Shown here one piece after another: positions 49,338-63,913 of a stretch of DNA of 64,000 bases (the first letter of the stretch is position 1; each line of letters opens with the position of its first letter). A model generated the notes under the pieces. The model saw nothing but the letters and a program-made list of their open reading frames with translations. It searched no databases and was not told where the DNA came from. Source of the stretch: Felis catus (Eukaryota). The translations under genes and the position numbers were made by a program. The stretch covers positions 77,688,001 to 77,752,000 of the forward strand of contig NC_058368.1 of NCBI RefSeq assembly GCF_018350175.1. Reading direction: 5' to 3'.

Positions 49338-51714
49338 TCCTGCTATCCTTGATTTGACATTTTCTCATCTAAGTATTCTCAATTTCTCTTATGTGTGTAT
49401 ATTGTCTCTTTTCCTTGAGATACAAGTGACTTTGGGAGTTTTCTTTATCTTCTATCTACATCTAGAACAATTTTTATTCTTTGCTTTAAGTAACGTGCTG
49501 ATAGACAACTCTATTGTTTCTCCAAGGCAACTCATTATCTTTAAAACTCATCCTAACATTCTGCTTAAAAGGTCAGATATAAAAGTAGCATCAAAATTAT
49601 CTATACCATCAAAACAGATCACACACAGTTTACAGGTCAACTGTATCAATTATTATGTATGAGCTTGTCAGCAAGACTATGAGCAGGCTTGGCAGTCTAA
49701 CATATATTAATTCTAACGTGGGCAGGGATCCAAAAAAGTGCCCTACTATTTTGTTACTTGTGGTTGTAAAACGTTATGTCTTAAAATGTAATTGTGTGCG
49801 TCCAACGTCACTTTGCTGAAAGCGTCACTTTCCCATTGTGTTCATTTATTTATTTATATGTATATTTCTGTCATTTCCATTGCGTCCTCCATTTTGGTGT
49901 GAAGAGGTCCGCTGGAGAGTAAGCTGCTGAAACAGCAAATATTTTGCACAGCGACTCAATAAGCAGAAGTATTTCAAGAGAAGCCCCATTTTCAGAATGT
50001 CAAACATATCAGGTGGACGTGATTTCTTGCATTAACCAAGTCAATTTCCTCAGACAACGTTAAGCATCAGCGTGGGAAGGGAGTTCTACTGTTTGTTGAA
50101 TGTAAAGGTTTAAGGAGGATAAATGAAATAGTGATTTACCAGAAAATAAGAGAGAAGTGACTTTTTTCTTTGCATTCTTCCATCCTATGAAATATATCCT
50201 TTCAGGCATTCCCTTTAATGTGCATAAGTCTTTTTGATGTATAATAGGAGCCAGTAACAATTTATCTCCAACTGAAAAAAAAAAAAAAAGGAACTTCTGA
50301 AGGGCATTTCGCGGCTTTTTCACAAGAACGAATGCAAAAGAATTATTATTTGGGGGCTCTCTTTTGAGGAGTAAGAGCGCCCTCAAATTTAAAAGGACTG
50401 GGTAAGTCTTTTGTCATTTGCAGACTGCCTGACCTAGAACAAGACAGATTATCTCTAGGCCCAAACTCTGGGCAGAACGATCCATTTCTACGACTGAGGG
50501 CATACCTGCTCTGTAAGGTCAAGACTCAAAGGATGAGCAGTCTCCGGCGACATGTATGTTAGGGCTTCCTTCTTTTTTAACATCTTGGAGAGTCTGATGG
50601 CAACATAAATACCAGAAAAACACTTTGAGGATGTTTTATGCTGATCGTGTGAAAGTGAGAAAAACACAATTAATATCAACTTTTGTTTTTCAGAGAGGAC
50701 CTTTTAAGAGATGTTTGAGCTGTCCAGGCTCCCCTTCATCCTTCCAATACCCCACCCCTTGGGACACAGTCTGGATCATCCCTATACTTCTCTGAGGTAA
50801 TAGCCCTTGGGGGATTTTTATTTAAAGGTATACATTATGGCACAGCTCAGTTGTTATTGATCTAGGAGAGTAAGGTGCATAAATGGTATCATCTAAGGTC
50901 ATAAAATCAATAAGAAACGTGATGACCTTGAAGAGAACCTTCTTTGTGGACCCCCCCCCAACCCCGCTCCCACCTGATTGCCATTACTGCTCCTTACTAC
51001 GGCCCATGGGACTTTGGATGCACCTCTATTTAAGAAAAAAAATCTCTTTAGGGTACTATGCTTCTTATAACCAAGCCATAAATTCTAGAACGCCAGAAGT
51101 GTTTTTCAATGTTGAGATGAAAGTGAAAGCAGACACAGGATTAAATCTAGATTCCCCTCCTACTTCTGTGTTTCTTTGTGAAATTTGACTTCCTGAAAGC
51201 TTTTGGAAGATACAGCTTGACTAATATTGATATTGTTATTTAAGGAGTCTCTTTTCTTTTTTAAAAAAAGATCTATAAAAATGGAGATGTAGCTTGCTCA
51301 TTCCTGTATTTGTGAGAATAACCATGTCAGGGTGGGAGGGTAATGTTGCCCTGAAGGTAGCTCTTTCTGAGGTGTGTCTGGGCCTGAGGGTGGTCTGCAC
51401 CTTGGTTGACTGGGGACTGGAGAAAACTGTTGTAGGTCCAGAGCCCTGGGGCTGAATCCTGCCACACACTGGTGTTGTCTGACTCCAAGTTCAGCCAAGG
51501 GAAGTTAAATACGAATGCCTTTGGGTGGGCACCCCCTCTCTGGACCTCTTCCCCAGGAAGACCAAGCATACCAGCTCCTCCATTTAGTTTTCCTTTCCTA
51601 ACCATCCTTAGAGACACTCAAAACTGTGGCCCAAACCGTGGCCTTTAGCAGAAGACAGATGTGATCAAACAAAATAGACCTACTTTTTTAACACACCCTC
51701 AGTGACTATTATTG

Positions 51715-51975
51715 CTTTTTGTAAAGTTTTTGTTTGTTTGTTTTCTTTGAGAGAAAGGGGGAAAAAAGAGTGCACACAAGCCAGGGAGGGAGGGAAGGAG
51801 GGAGAGGGAGGGAGGGAGGGAGGGAGAGAGAGAGAGAGAGAGAGAGAATCCCAAGCAGGCTTCACGCTTAGCACAGAGCCCAACACGGGACTTGATCCCA
51901 CAACCCTGGGATCATGACCTGAGCCGAAACTAAGAGTCCCAATGTTCAACTGACTGAGCCACCCAGGTGCACCTC
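51715..51975 (-). mobile_element. Can-SINE
   Basis: Reverse head and expanded (GGGA)n/(GA)n. Confidence 0.9.
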
Positions 51976-52389
51976 TCTTTGCAAGTTTTAAAGACAACTG
52001 ATTTCTTATCAATAGGGCTTAATTACAAATAATAGTAATAATACCTGATTACATCATTGTTCAGTTTCACATTCTCTAATAAATTTATAGATTGCTTATA
52101 ACCTACAGGCCAAAGTTCTGGAGATCGATATTGAAGGCTGGTCCAAACACTGCCTTTAACCTAAGTTTTCAATTTTATGCTATGCGCTAAACTCACCCCA
52201 ATTGTAATACTTTCATTGTGTACAAATATCTTTTTCACTCAGGCCTTTCTCTCTATTTTGCCTTCAGCTCCCATCACAGCATTTGGTGTTGTTCTAAATG
52301 CTGCTCTCCTGTCACTTCTCATGTCTAGGGCAAAATGTCATCACGGGCAAAGCTGCTTTGAGTCCCTGGGTCTAGATCCCCCCCGCTCC

Positions 52390-53275
52390 GTGCGTGTTCG
52401 TTCGACAAACACTCAGCGAATGCCTACCTCTGCCAGGCCCCGCGTTCAGCCCGGAGATGCATGTAGAGCAAAACAGACAAAAGCCCCTGCCTGCAGAGAG
52501 GTTATGCTCTAGCAAGGAAAATAGGCAGACACGGATAAGCCAATGTGAATCTAGCATAAGTGCCAGAAGCTTGAGGGCGATGAAGAATTACACGGACAAG
52601 GGGAGAGAGTGACTAGGGCTTGGGGGAGCTCTGAGCAGGTGTCAGCGAGGGAGTAGAGGAATTCAGGGGAGGGAAGAATGTTCCAGACAGACAGCACAGC
52701 AAGTTGGAAGGCGGTGCGGGGAGAGAAGACCATGTGTAGGGGGTGCCGAGGGCACTGGGGGAGCTGGAGAGTGACTCAGGGAAGAGGCCTTCGGGGCAGG
52801 GCACGGAGGAGTGGATCCCCTTCCGTGTGTGGACAGAACTGAGGAGGGCTGAATGACGTGATCTGACGCATTGTTAGAAAGGCAGGAGGCCCGCAGCGGA
52901 GGCAGGGAGCTGGGAGATGGCCCAGGCACTGGTCCAAGTGAGACACGCATATGCTGGCACTGGTTGGGGTCGGATTTACTGGGAAGTAGGACAGCAGGTT
53001 TGCTGATGCTGGACCGGACGTGGGAGTGGAACAGAAAGCCGTGCATGACTCCCATGTGTGAGACATGACAACTGGGGGTGGGCAAGAGTCAGAGAACAGT
53101 GACAGAAGAGTGAGTGTGGTGGGCAGCAGAGGCTAAGAGTTCTGTTGGGTCCATATGGAGCTTGAGGTGTCTCTTATGTGTCCAGATGGTGATTGCCAAG
53201 ACAGATTTTTAGTATGCCGCTGGATGAGTGAGTCTTGAATCTCCAGAGCTGGGGGTATAAATTTGGGAGGTATCC
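52390..53275 (-). mobile_element. L2 fragment
   Basis: ttcgttcgacaaacactcagcgaatgcctacctctgccaggc, aacagacaaaagcccctgcc, gggaagaatgttccagacaga. Confidence 0.8.
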
Positions 53276-53329
53276 ATTTCAACACATCCATATATTATTG
53301 GGAGTTTTTTTCAAGTCGTAACATCCCAG

Positions 53330-53449
53330 TTGTATATGGACAATAGATCGCTCACAGCAAAGTGCCTACAGTTAAGACACTGTGTTGTATACTTAAAATT
53401 TGCTAAGAGGTTAGATAGATCTTATGTTGAAGTGATCTTAACACACACT

Positions 53450-53481
<32 letters not shown>

Positions 53482-53650
53482 CAACAATAGTAGGGCAAGA
53501 GGGAACCTGGGGAGGTGATGAGTATGCCTATGACCTTGATGGTGGAGATGGTTTCACGGGCGTATATTTACCCCTAACTAACTAGGTTGTACATATTAAA
53601 CATGTACAGCTTTTTATATATCAACATACCTCAATAAAGTGTTTGATAAA
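53330..53650 (+). mobile_element. Old L1 3' end
   Basis: tgtatacttaaaatttgctaagagg, catacctcaataaag. Confidence 0.8.
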
Positions 53651-53691
53651 TATAATAAATTTAAAATAAAATAGTATGTTTTCAAAACTGC

Positions 53692-54230
53692 ATAGCTTTA
53701 TTGAGATATAATTCACATATAATAGAGTTCACCCATCAAAAGTTCAATGATTTTTAGTACAGTACAGAGCTGTGCAGCCATCACCACCATCTAATTTTAG
53801 AACCTTCTTGTCCCCCCAAAAGAAAATCTCTACGTTTTAGCAGCCAACCACACCAACTCAAGCCAACCACTATTTTACTTTCTGCCTCTCTCTATTTCCT
53901 ATTTTGGAAATCCCAGATAAATAGAGTAATGGAGTATGTGATCTCTTGGGATGATTTGTCTCTTCCAATAAGGTTGGAAGATTTCCAAATTTCCAAATTT
54001 CCGAATTTCCAAGGTTCCATGTTATAACCAGTATCAGAACTTCATTCCTTGTTTGCCGAATAAAATTGTATTCTATGTAGAACCACTTTTCATTTATCCA
54101 TTCATCACCTGCTGGACAATTGGGTTGTTTGCACTTTGGACTATTACAAATAAAGATGCCATGAACATTCACATACAACTTTGTTAGTAGACATACATTT
54201 TCCATTCTCTTGAGTATTTAACTAGGAGTT
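53692..54230 (-). mobile_element. Old L1 3' fragment
   Basis: agctttattgagatataattcacata, tttatccattcatcacctgctggaca. Confidence 0.85.
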
Positions 54231-55654
54231 AGTATTTAACATTTAACTAAATGTTGGCTGATAGTATTTTTACATCTATTTTTAAACTATTACACAAGAA
54301 ACTATCTTCCATTTACCAGGGAAATCATCTTTATTAGCAAATATATGGAAGAAAAAGGATAGTAAGTTTCTGGGATATTGCTAATTTCCAACTGAATTGG
54401 AAATTCTTCCCCAGATTCTCCATGTACAAAATACATGGAACATGAAGTGGATACATATGAAAATTCTAAGCTATTTCCCAGGGAGGAAATCATCATTTAT
54501 ATTGTAAATAGAACTTCACAAACAGAATTTTATGTTAAGCCGACCTAGTTTATTTCCGAGTCAGTGGGTTTGAGATATTCGCAGATTTTTAAACTATGAA
54601 AAGGGCAGCAAAATGTAGGAGGGAGATAGGTTTTCTTCAAATTTACTTGCCTTTATTAACTTAGAACACAAGACATTTGTTCATAACTGGCCACAGAAAT
54701 GATTCATGCATTCTGTGTGCTGGAATTTTTTTTTTTTTTTTTTTTTTATGGCTGAGGAAAGAAAGGTACGTGATAAACAAGCAATTGAGGGAAGCGAAGG
54801 AGAACAAATCTGCTCATGCATGTTTGAAAGTCTAAGTCACCTCTTTTCAGGGAAAAAGAAAAAAAAAGTTGCCTCAGTATGTTTCAGTTTTCTATCCTCT
54901 ACACAGAAAGCAGAGGCAGAAGTACTCAAGACAGTGAAGTTCACCGTCAGGTAGCTACAGTTTTCTACTGTGGTGAACTTGTTTTGAAATCAGGACTAAG
55001 TACCTTAAATTATCTTAGTGTCTGATATTGAGATTCCTTCAAACCATACCCTGCCATGTTTATGAAAATAGTGGGAGATAATTCGCACCCATTGAACAGA
55101 TCATTGGAAAGCCCAATGAAAAGCCTAAGTTAAAGAAAAAAAGAAAAAAGGCTGTGTTAACTAGGAGACCAAAACTTTCTCAGTGAACTGGATGCTGCCA
55201 GAGTGCAATTGTTGGCCACTAAGATTTCAATAACTCCCAATAATAATTGTTGCAACCATGTCTGAGCCTTCCCCCACACCACACATTCTCGCTGGTCCTT
55301 CCTCCTCTGAAACTCCTTCGCATAAAAATAGATCAGCTTCATTAATTAGAAAAAATGGTGATAAACTATACTCCTTCACCCTATCTAAAAAATTTAACTG
55401 TCATGACCTCTGACGATTGAAAATGGTCACAGGAATATCTGGATTTTAATATAAGCATGAAAAAAATGATTCATTATTGCTGTTTTACAATGTAATGCTG
55501 GAGATGGTAAGGAAACATTAGTGGGAATTCTGCTTGCTTTATAAAATTCTGAAACCAGTGATTCACCTCTTTATCTTGACTTGTATAATACAAGTATTTG
55601 GATGTCTCAGGTCAGTGGAAAATGCTTTAGTCAAATAAGTAACCTAAGAAACTT

Positions 55655-55788
55655 ACTAATATATATTACACTAATATATAATATGTAATGTATATATTAT
55701 TATTAATTATAATGTATATATATTATTACTAATATATAATATGTAATGTATATATTATTATTAATTATTATTAATTATTATTAATTAT
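55655..55788. repeat. AT-rich tandem duplication
   Basis: actaatatataatatgtaatgtatatattattattaattat occurs twice. Confidence 0.85.
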
Positions 55789-56921
55789 CTGATTTTTCCT
55801 TGAGCAGTTTGCTGAAAAGCAACACCAAAATTAAATACCTGAAGGAAAAGTCCAGGTGTGTGTTATCACAAGCTTCAACTACACGTAGATAACCCCCAAG
55901 TCATACTTGGTGCAAAATCAGAAAGAAGAAGTCAATAAATCAGCCTGGTAAGTAAGGAGCAGAGCTAAACAAGCCTTTTACTTACTAAAAAGCGAACAAA
56001 CAAGCAAGAAAAATAAGGCATTTTTCGTGATCCATAAATTGAAAACCTGGATTTGAGAAACTTTTATTTGTCTCTTGTTGGAGCACACTATGATTATGTG
56101 TCATGAAAATAAACCTAACACCAAAATAAATTATTAGTTGTAAATTGTATCTTAACAAAGCTCCAGTAGTGAGCAAAATGCAATGAAATATTTGAGATAT
56201 ATATATGTTTTATTTTTTTAATCAGTTCCTCTGTTTCAAAGAGAAATCGGCTGAGAATATGCAAAGTAAAGAAATTCAGCCAGTTGTTCATGCAGAACTG
56301 ACTTTCCCTATCTACCGTTAGTGTTTGTATGTAGTTGCCGTATATCTACATATTACATGCTGCTCTGTAACATTGTGCACATATACATACACATGCACAC
56401 ACAAACGGACTCCTATTACATACATCTACCCAACTGAATTGACCACTTTTCACTATTTTAGTGGTTCAACTCCATGAAATTGTAATAAGAATTGAAAGGC
56501 AAATTAATAATTAGAGTACTGTTGATTAACTTTCCTGTAGCCAAACACTCACAACCAAGATTTCAGGAAAGGATGTGGTGAGAGATGATTAAAAATTGAT
56601 ATATGGGGATTAGAACAGGGGCTGTTCCTTCACTTTTGAAATATGTGTGCTTCCAAGAAAGACATGATGCTTGTGGGGCATCCGTGAGCTGTGGGCATTT
56701 CCCACAATGTCGCTCTTACAATGTTACTTCCATTTGTCCCCTAAGATTTCAATATCTCTTATTAGACCCAGATTCATCTCATCATTTTAGCCACTAGAAA
56801 GAAGCATTAGGAAACTAATACATTAAGAAGTCATTTGGCAATAAGTAACCATTACTCAGTTCAAAAGCCTTCCTTAAAGCATCAGGAGAAGACAACTTTA
56901 AAATGATTTTCCTTTGAAATT

Positions 56922-57082
56922 CTTTTTTTCTTAAATATGACTTATTGTCAAATTGGTTTCCATACAACACCCAGTGCTCATCCCAACAGGTGCCCTCCTC
57001 CGTGCCCATCACCCACTTTCCCCTCCCCCCCACCTCCCATCAACCCTCAGGTTGTTCTCACTATTAGAGAGTCTCTTATGGC
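56922..57082 (-). mobile_element. Feline L1 3' terminal fragment
   Basis: ttattgtcaaattggtttccatacaacacccagtgctcatcccaacaggtgccctcctc. Confidence 0.85.
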
Positions 57083-57518
57083 TTAAAATAACAATTGATT
57101 GAAATGAAATTTAAGCTTGTTATTGTTTTCCCTTCATAAAATGGGCATTCTTGCATAACACCTACTCAAAACTCAAATGTATCTGATAGATAGGATAGGG
57201 CTATTTAAGTGAGACATTCAGTTTCACTGATGTTTTCATACCTAATTCCTTGATCTCTGTCTCACTAACTCTCGGGGAGGATCCACAATTCTACCTGGTT
57301 CTACCGTGATTCCCGAGGGCAGCCACCCTGTGGAGGTTATGAGCAGGACAGAAGATGATCTTCCATTTGAGCTCACAACAGAGAGTTCTGTTTCATTGCT
57401 TTAGAGGCAAAATCAAGGTCGGAATCACAACACAGGCAGATCTTCCTTGGGGTCCTGGTGTTTTCTAAGCTAACAATGAAAGAACACTAAATTTTATCAA
57501 GTGCTTAACATTTTTCAT

Positions 57519-57745
57519 GGGGTGCTTGGGTGGCTCAGCTGGTTAAGCGTCTAACTTTGGCTCAGGTCATGACCTTGAGGTTCTTGAGTTCGAGCCCCGT
57601 GTTGGGCTGTGTGCTGACAGCTCAGAGCCTGGAGTCTGCTTCAGATTCGGTGTCCTCTGTCTCTCTGCCTGTCTTTCTCTCCCTCTTTCTCTCTCTCATT
57701 CCCTCTCAAAATGAATAAACATTAAAAAAATTTTTTTAATTAAAA
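57519..57745 (+). mobile_element. Can-SINE inserted in a MIR
   Basis: Full SINE; MIR-like sequence resumes at ~57755-57860. Confidence 0.9.
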
Positions 57746-58499
57746 AATATTTTTCAGACATCATGTTAAATACTTTAACACCTATTCAATTTAGTTCTTA
57801 CTATCATCCTGCAACGCCAGTCTCATTACACCCAATTTATAGATGGCAAAATAGCTGAGAAAGAGAAGAGCCCTTCTGGCATCTAGAGTCTGTGGGCACT
57901 CACGGCCAAGCCTTGGCATTCTGCTATTGAACACAAACAATTTCACAGAACATCAACATCAGCCAAGAGGCCACTCTGTGACTGTGACAAGTCAAGAGCC
58001 CTGTGTAATCATGTCTAGACACAGACACAACATGAACATTGTTCAAATCACAGATGGTCTAACACCTCTCCATCCCCGCTAATGAGGAACTGCTACTTTC
58101 TTAACACGTTACAGTCGACTCCCACTCTTGTCTTCCCTCCTTCTAGATAAGATTAAGATCTCCTGGCATAGAATCAGCCTCTGTCCTACGTCTTGGCAGA
58201 CCCCAGAACAAAGCCCCATGTCAGCCCTTCCCAAATCACCTAACACACACCCCAATGCTGTATGACGGGCCCCTTCTAACACCCTATTGCTGAGACATAA
58301 GAAACTCAAATACCGACTAACAGACAATCAACAGGGAAAGAAAATCACATGGAGCTGGTAGAAAAAGTTGGCAAACAAACACTGGAGGGGAGGTGAAAGC
58401 CTCTTCAAATGTGGAAAGGTGGGAAAGGATAAAAGAGGTTATAATAATCCCATAAGTAGCCAAATACAGACCAGCTCCAATAAAATGATAAGAGTTAAT

Positions 58500-58685
58500 A
58501 ATTCTGTAACAGCGAGCACAGTGTGAAGTGCCTTATGTGGATGAACACATCCTTCTCATAATACCACCATGTGTCAAGGACTATTTTATTCAGATTCTAC
58601 AAATGGAGAAATTAAGGCACCAAGAAGTTAAACATCTTGGCAAACATCTTATGCAGCTGGCCAATGACCATGCCCAGACCCAAAG
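58500..58685 (-). mobile_element. MIR
   Basis: ttctacaaatggagaaattaaggcaccaagaagttaa core. Confidence 0.65.
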
Positions 58686-59069
58686 TTTAAAACACGAGAC
58701 CAAATAACGGTGGACCTACTTATATGATTTAATTTGTTGATTTTATTCCGTATATTGAACGTTGGACCCATTGATCCACTTGTTTTACAAGCAGTGCAGT
58801 TACTGTCTGTATTTCATGGAAATGGTTCATCTCTTCACCTGCATCTAGTGCCTTTGTGGTGAATGGTTTTCTGAGTACGTAAAAGTAGTTATCCAGAGCA
58901 GGTAACCTTCACATCCCCAACGTCTGAGAGGTGGTGATTCTGACTCTCCTTGATGACTTGCCCGAAAATCAAATTCCCACAAAAAGCATCTGTACAAAGC
59001 CAGCGTTTGTAGTCGTTTTCATTTCCTTGTGGAGTTACAGATCTGAACCCCATACTATATGGCGCTGCT

Positions 59070-59303
59070 TTTATTTTTATTTTATTTTTATTTTTTTTTT
59101 CAGCGTTTATTTATTTTTGGGACAGAGAGAGACAGAGCATGAACGGGGGAGGGGCAGAGAGAGAGGGAGACACAGAATCGGAAACAGGCTCCAGGCTCTG
59201 AGCCATCAGCCCAGAGCCTGACGCGGGGCTCGAACTCACGGACCGCGAGATCGTGACCTGGCTGAAGTCGGACGCTCAACCGACTGCGCCACCCAGGCAC
59301 CCC
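59070..59303 (-). mobile_element. Young feline SINE (SINEC_Fc type)
   Basis: TSD tggcgctgctttta. Confidence 0.97.
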
Positions 59304-59794
59304 TGGCGCTGCTTTTAGAAAAAGCTTGTTTACTTTAATATCTAAAGCTCATTAATCACTATAGGATCATAACCCCGAGGAGTAAATATTAGACCTATGT
59401 TACATTTCTTTGATTTTTAAATACCACTAAGTGAGCTATTGTAACAGGCATCAAAACAGTATTTCTTGACTAGACTTCAAACCAATTTGTCTTCCCAGAA
59501 CAATACTTGAAAAATAAGCATTTAAAAGAATGCATCACAGTCTGAAAGACTTTGTGAGGATCCAAATATAAGACAATACCATCTTTTCAGAATGATAATT
59601 TTAAGGAAAAATATAAAGCTCTCCTTGATATTTGGGCATTTAAGGTGGTTTACTGATTACTGCACGCTTAACATATATCACTCTTATGTGGCAAAATAAT
59701 TTATTGAGCTATTAATTTGGTTAAGAAAAAAATTGCTATTTTTTTCAGCTTTTTTTTTTTTTAATTGAAAACCACAGAAAAGTTGCCTGAACAA

Positions 59795-60020
59795 GGGGCG
59801 CCTGGGTGGCTCTTCGATTAAGCGTCCAACTTCAGCTCAAGTCATGATCTTATGGTTCATGAGTTCGAGCCCCACAACAGGCTCTGTGCTGACAGCTCGG
59901 AGCTTGGAGCCTGCTTCGGATTCTGTGTCTCCCTCTCTCTCTAACCCTCCCCTGCTCACGCTCTGTCTCTCTCTGTCTCTCAAAAATGAGTAAATGTTAA
60001 AAAAAATTAAAAAAATAAAA
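59795..60020 (+). mobile_element. Can-SINE
   Basis: TSD aaaagttgcctga(a/g)caa. Confidence 0.95.
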
Positions 60021-61342
60021 TAAAAGTTGCCTGAGCAATATTTTTTTGTGTTGTTCTTATGCCATGAATCTCTCTTGCTCTCCCTTTCCAGGCTATTTGT
60101 GGGACTTCTGTATTTCCTTGTCTCAGAGGAAGTTTGTATCGTGGGAAAAGAAGAAGCAGTTGCTTAGGACCAGAGCAGCCTGGCTTTTTTCCTCCAGTGG
60201 AATCAGAACGAATTAAGGGTATATTGTTACTGTAATAGAGAAGAGAGGTGCCTCTGAAGTATGATAGTAGAAGTAAGACTAGAAAGCAAAACTATTGCTT
60301 TGAGCCTAGGGAAATTGTGAAGATCCATAAGCAAAGGAGATCCCAGGTTCTCTTCCTCACACTGGACCTCTGTCCCCGGGAGGTGGCAGATCATCTGAGG
60401 GAATGGTTGAAGGTCCATCAAGGCATGCTAAATCAGGAGGATAATTAGGACCAACACATTTGGAAGACCCAGGCCATCAGACTTTATGGATGCATTTCAA
60501 TGGACAGTGGGTGTCCTGGTGGCTCATGGCCGATGATTTGAGGGAACTCTTTCCGTGTTTCATTCGGCATCAGAATCCTGAGACCTTTGAGTGACCCCTG
60601 GGCCAGCAGGAAGGTAAAAACCAAACTTATATTTCTGATTGGATTTAGATAAGTGTAAGGTACATTTTCTTGCACGTGTGAATGGCTGGAGAAAGACTTA
60701 CACCTTTCATACGGCAGTGTGAAATAAGGTCATCCACATTGTTCTTATTTGCTGAACCCTGCCTTCTTCGCCCAGAGAGTTTAAGGAATTTGCTCAAGTT
60801 CGGGAGTAAATGGTTGAACCCATATTCAAACTCCGGTTGGTCTGATCTCAAGCCCAGAATCTCCCCACCTAGTTGTTCACTCCAGTGTGGTTGAATCACT
60901 GGACGGACAACAATATAAAGATTAAACAAAAAAAAAAATTAGCTGGGCTAAGGAATTACATAGTTCATTGGTAGGCAATGGACAATGTGGTCATATCTGA
61001 CCTTTGTTTACATAAGAGTTGTTAATCCTGTGCTTCCTATGGTAAATAAGAATAGACCCTGTCCTCAAACAGCTCCACAAAGATTAAGCAGGCTGTGACT
61101 TACCAGCTGGGTGGCCCTAATAGTTTTGCTATTAACTCTTCTGAGCGACAGGTCGCTCCGTCACAGAATATGAGAAATAGAAGCTTCATGAATCAAACAC
61201 GCTGCTTCTGTAAAAGTGCACCCTCATAACAAAACTATGCCAAAACGAGAAAGTACAACCTGGACCAATAGTTGAGTGTGCCCAATGCCAAAACCTATGT
61301 GCTGACAGCAAAGATGGAAACGTTAGGGGTACAGCATGATTT

Positions 61343-61354
61343 GAGAGAGAGAGG

Positions 61355-61412
<58 letters not shown>
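61343..61412. repeat. (GA)n microsatellite
   Basis: Direct. Confidence 0.97.
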
Positions 61413-61415
<3 letters not shown>

Positions 61416-61469
61416 TTAAATTTTCTTGGAAAAAGAAACGGCTTCAGGGATACTGAGTATCGAATATCA

Positions 61470-61690
61470 GAGTACTGAGTGCTTTCTATGTGTCAGATAC
61501 CATGCGAAGCCCTTTAGGTCAGTAAACCTGCTTCATCCTTATAAACAACCTCCTACGTTAGGTACTGTCATGATCCCCACGGAACAGGAAAGGAAGCAGA
61601 CTTCCTAGGAAATCAGAGACACTTGCCCCAAATCAGACAGCTTCCTAACAACAAGTGCTGGGTCTGAAACCAAACTCTGTGCAGCCCAGT
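61470..61690 (-). mobile_element. MIR
   Basis: tactgagtgctttctatgtgtcaga...aacaacctcctacgttaggtactgt. Confidence 0.65.
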
Positions 61691-62885
61691 CATAAAACCA
61701 TTAAGCTCATCTGTTACTATCATTGCTAACAGTAATCAGGTACTGGTACACAGGATGCTGTAACAGAGCACGGAAACAGTGAGTTAGAGATATTTACTCC
61801 GCCTTCTTCGCAGCCCATCGGCTGCATGCCTCCCACGTCCCAGGCACTGGGATAGCTCCCCTGTCAGGCTCACTTCTGGAGCTGGATTGGAGTGGAAATG
61901 GTCCCGTTTTACCCATGGTATGAAAACAGATTTCAGGAACAAGAAATCGTTCCAGGTCTCGGGAGATGGGGCAGTGGGTAACACCAGTGATGCAGAAGGA
62001 GACTCTATTTCAGGCATTGAGTAGGGTGTGGAAGGGACCAAGGAGCCCTACAAAGAGGGTGAACTGAGTCTGCCCGGCTAAGTCCAGAGTGGGAGAAACA
62101 CGTTTCCAGCCTGGCCTCCCTCGGCAGTTCTGGGAACACAATGAACACATTCATTCTGCGGTCGAAGGGACTGGCGTGACCCTCAGGACTTTGAGGAGAA
62201 AAAGGCTGATGTTTGATCCACAAGCAATAAAGGGTTCCCATCCAGCTTGGTAAAGTGACAGAAGACACAGAGGACCGTGAGCTGAGTCTGGGGTTGAGGA
62301 CTGAGAAATGGAGAAAGAAGAGCAGACCCCAGAACAAGGACAAGGGAACTGGCCCACTCAACGTGGGAGGCGGCAGTGGGTGAAAGACGGTGTATTATGT
62401 CAGGTAGAGCGGAACCATCTTTGAACACACGCACTGTCCATGAAAGGAGCAAGGGACTTTATTTAATTTGACAGCCAGGTTTAATTTTCCTCAGTCTCAT
62501 TTATAGATACTGCTCTCACTACTTCCTGTCACCTTCCAGACCCCGTGTGGAAGAATGAGCAAAGTAATTCAGGCAATCTTGTAGTGGTCAGCAATCCCTT
62601 TCAGGGAAAAAAGAAAAAAGACCTTTCCACGGTGGTGGCTACTCTTGTGTGGCCTCCTTTATAAAAAGACACATTGAACTTAGCTTGTGGGAATGATGAA
62701 CTTGCAGGAATGTGCCCTTCCCATGCCACAGGGAACTTTCCTGAAGCACCGTCCACCGTGGTTCCCGGCCAGTTAATCACGGTTTTACTAAATTATAGGA
62801 CGTTCACTGATTTCCAAAATAAACATTTTTTTTTTGTCAATTTGCAAAAGTGGGCATGGGTTCCTTGATTAAAAAAAAAAAGGCT

Positions 62886-63104
62886 GGGGCGCCTGGGTGG
62901 CACAGTCGGTTAAGCGTCCGACTTCAGCCAGGTCATGATCTCGCGGTCCGGGAGTTCGAGCCCCGCGTCAGGCTCTGGGCTGATGGCTCAGAGCCTGGAG
63001 CCTGTTTCCGATTCTGTGTCTCCCTCTCTCTCTGCCCCTCCCCCGTTCATGCTCTGTCTCTCTCTGTCCCCCCAAAAAATAAATAAAAAACGTTGAAAAA
63101 AAAA
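62886..63104 (+). mobile_element. Young feline SINE (SINEC_Fc type)
   Basis: TSD aaaaaaaaaggct. Confidence 0.97.
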
Positions 63105-63913
63105 GGCTACCTAATCTCAAGATTTTGGATAATCTGAGATGATCTTGCTAACATCTGTGGATGAGGATAAAGGATGGGGCTTAGTGGTAGTTTGAAAACA
63201 TCCCTTCCATTGTGGGAAATAGGAAGACATCGCTCATCATTTCTCTCTTCTCTATTCTGTCTTTCCTCTGTATCATCTCCATTTTAAGTATCGTGTGTTG
63301 ACGCGCTTCTGTGTGTATGTATGGATTTATGCTCGTGTGCGTGTGTGTGTATCTTGGTTCCTATCTCCACTGGTTTTCAACGATACTGTAAAAAGATTCT
63401 GTCCGATTTAGCACGTGCTTTCAGGACACTGGAAGTCAAACTGGAAAGATCCAATTTTTTTTTTATAAAATAGAGAAAACAACAATTGAAACACCAAAGG
63501 AGGAGAAAAATTAAGAATCAAAATACTGGCGATATTGGCAAAAACCACATTGAGTTAACGTCTTCCTCCATAATGGTGGGAGGTGTTTTTGTTTTTGTTT
63601 TTGTTTTTTTTTTTAAGTAGAAAAGAAAGGAAATTACAACTTAACGTAAGCTCAGAGAAGTAGTTCGGAGTGAGGCAAGATCACAATGCAGGAAGGCACA
63701 ACCTGTGAACCCTGCCCAGAATGCAGTTCGAGAGGAACAAACCGAGAACACATACAAGTCTGAATAGTTAGGAAAAACTGAGGTATAGAATGATTTTGTC
63801 ATCTACGAGAAAAATAGGTGTTTTATTTTCTCTCTCCTGCAAAACTCTGTTGTTTGTTTATTGTTTAATTTCAACTTGAAGAAGTAAATGTTGGCTCAGA
63901 AAGGACAGAAAGA

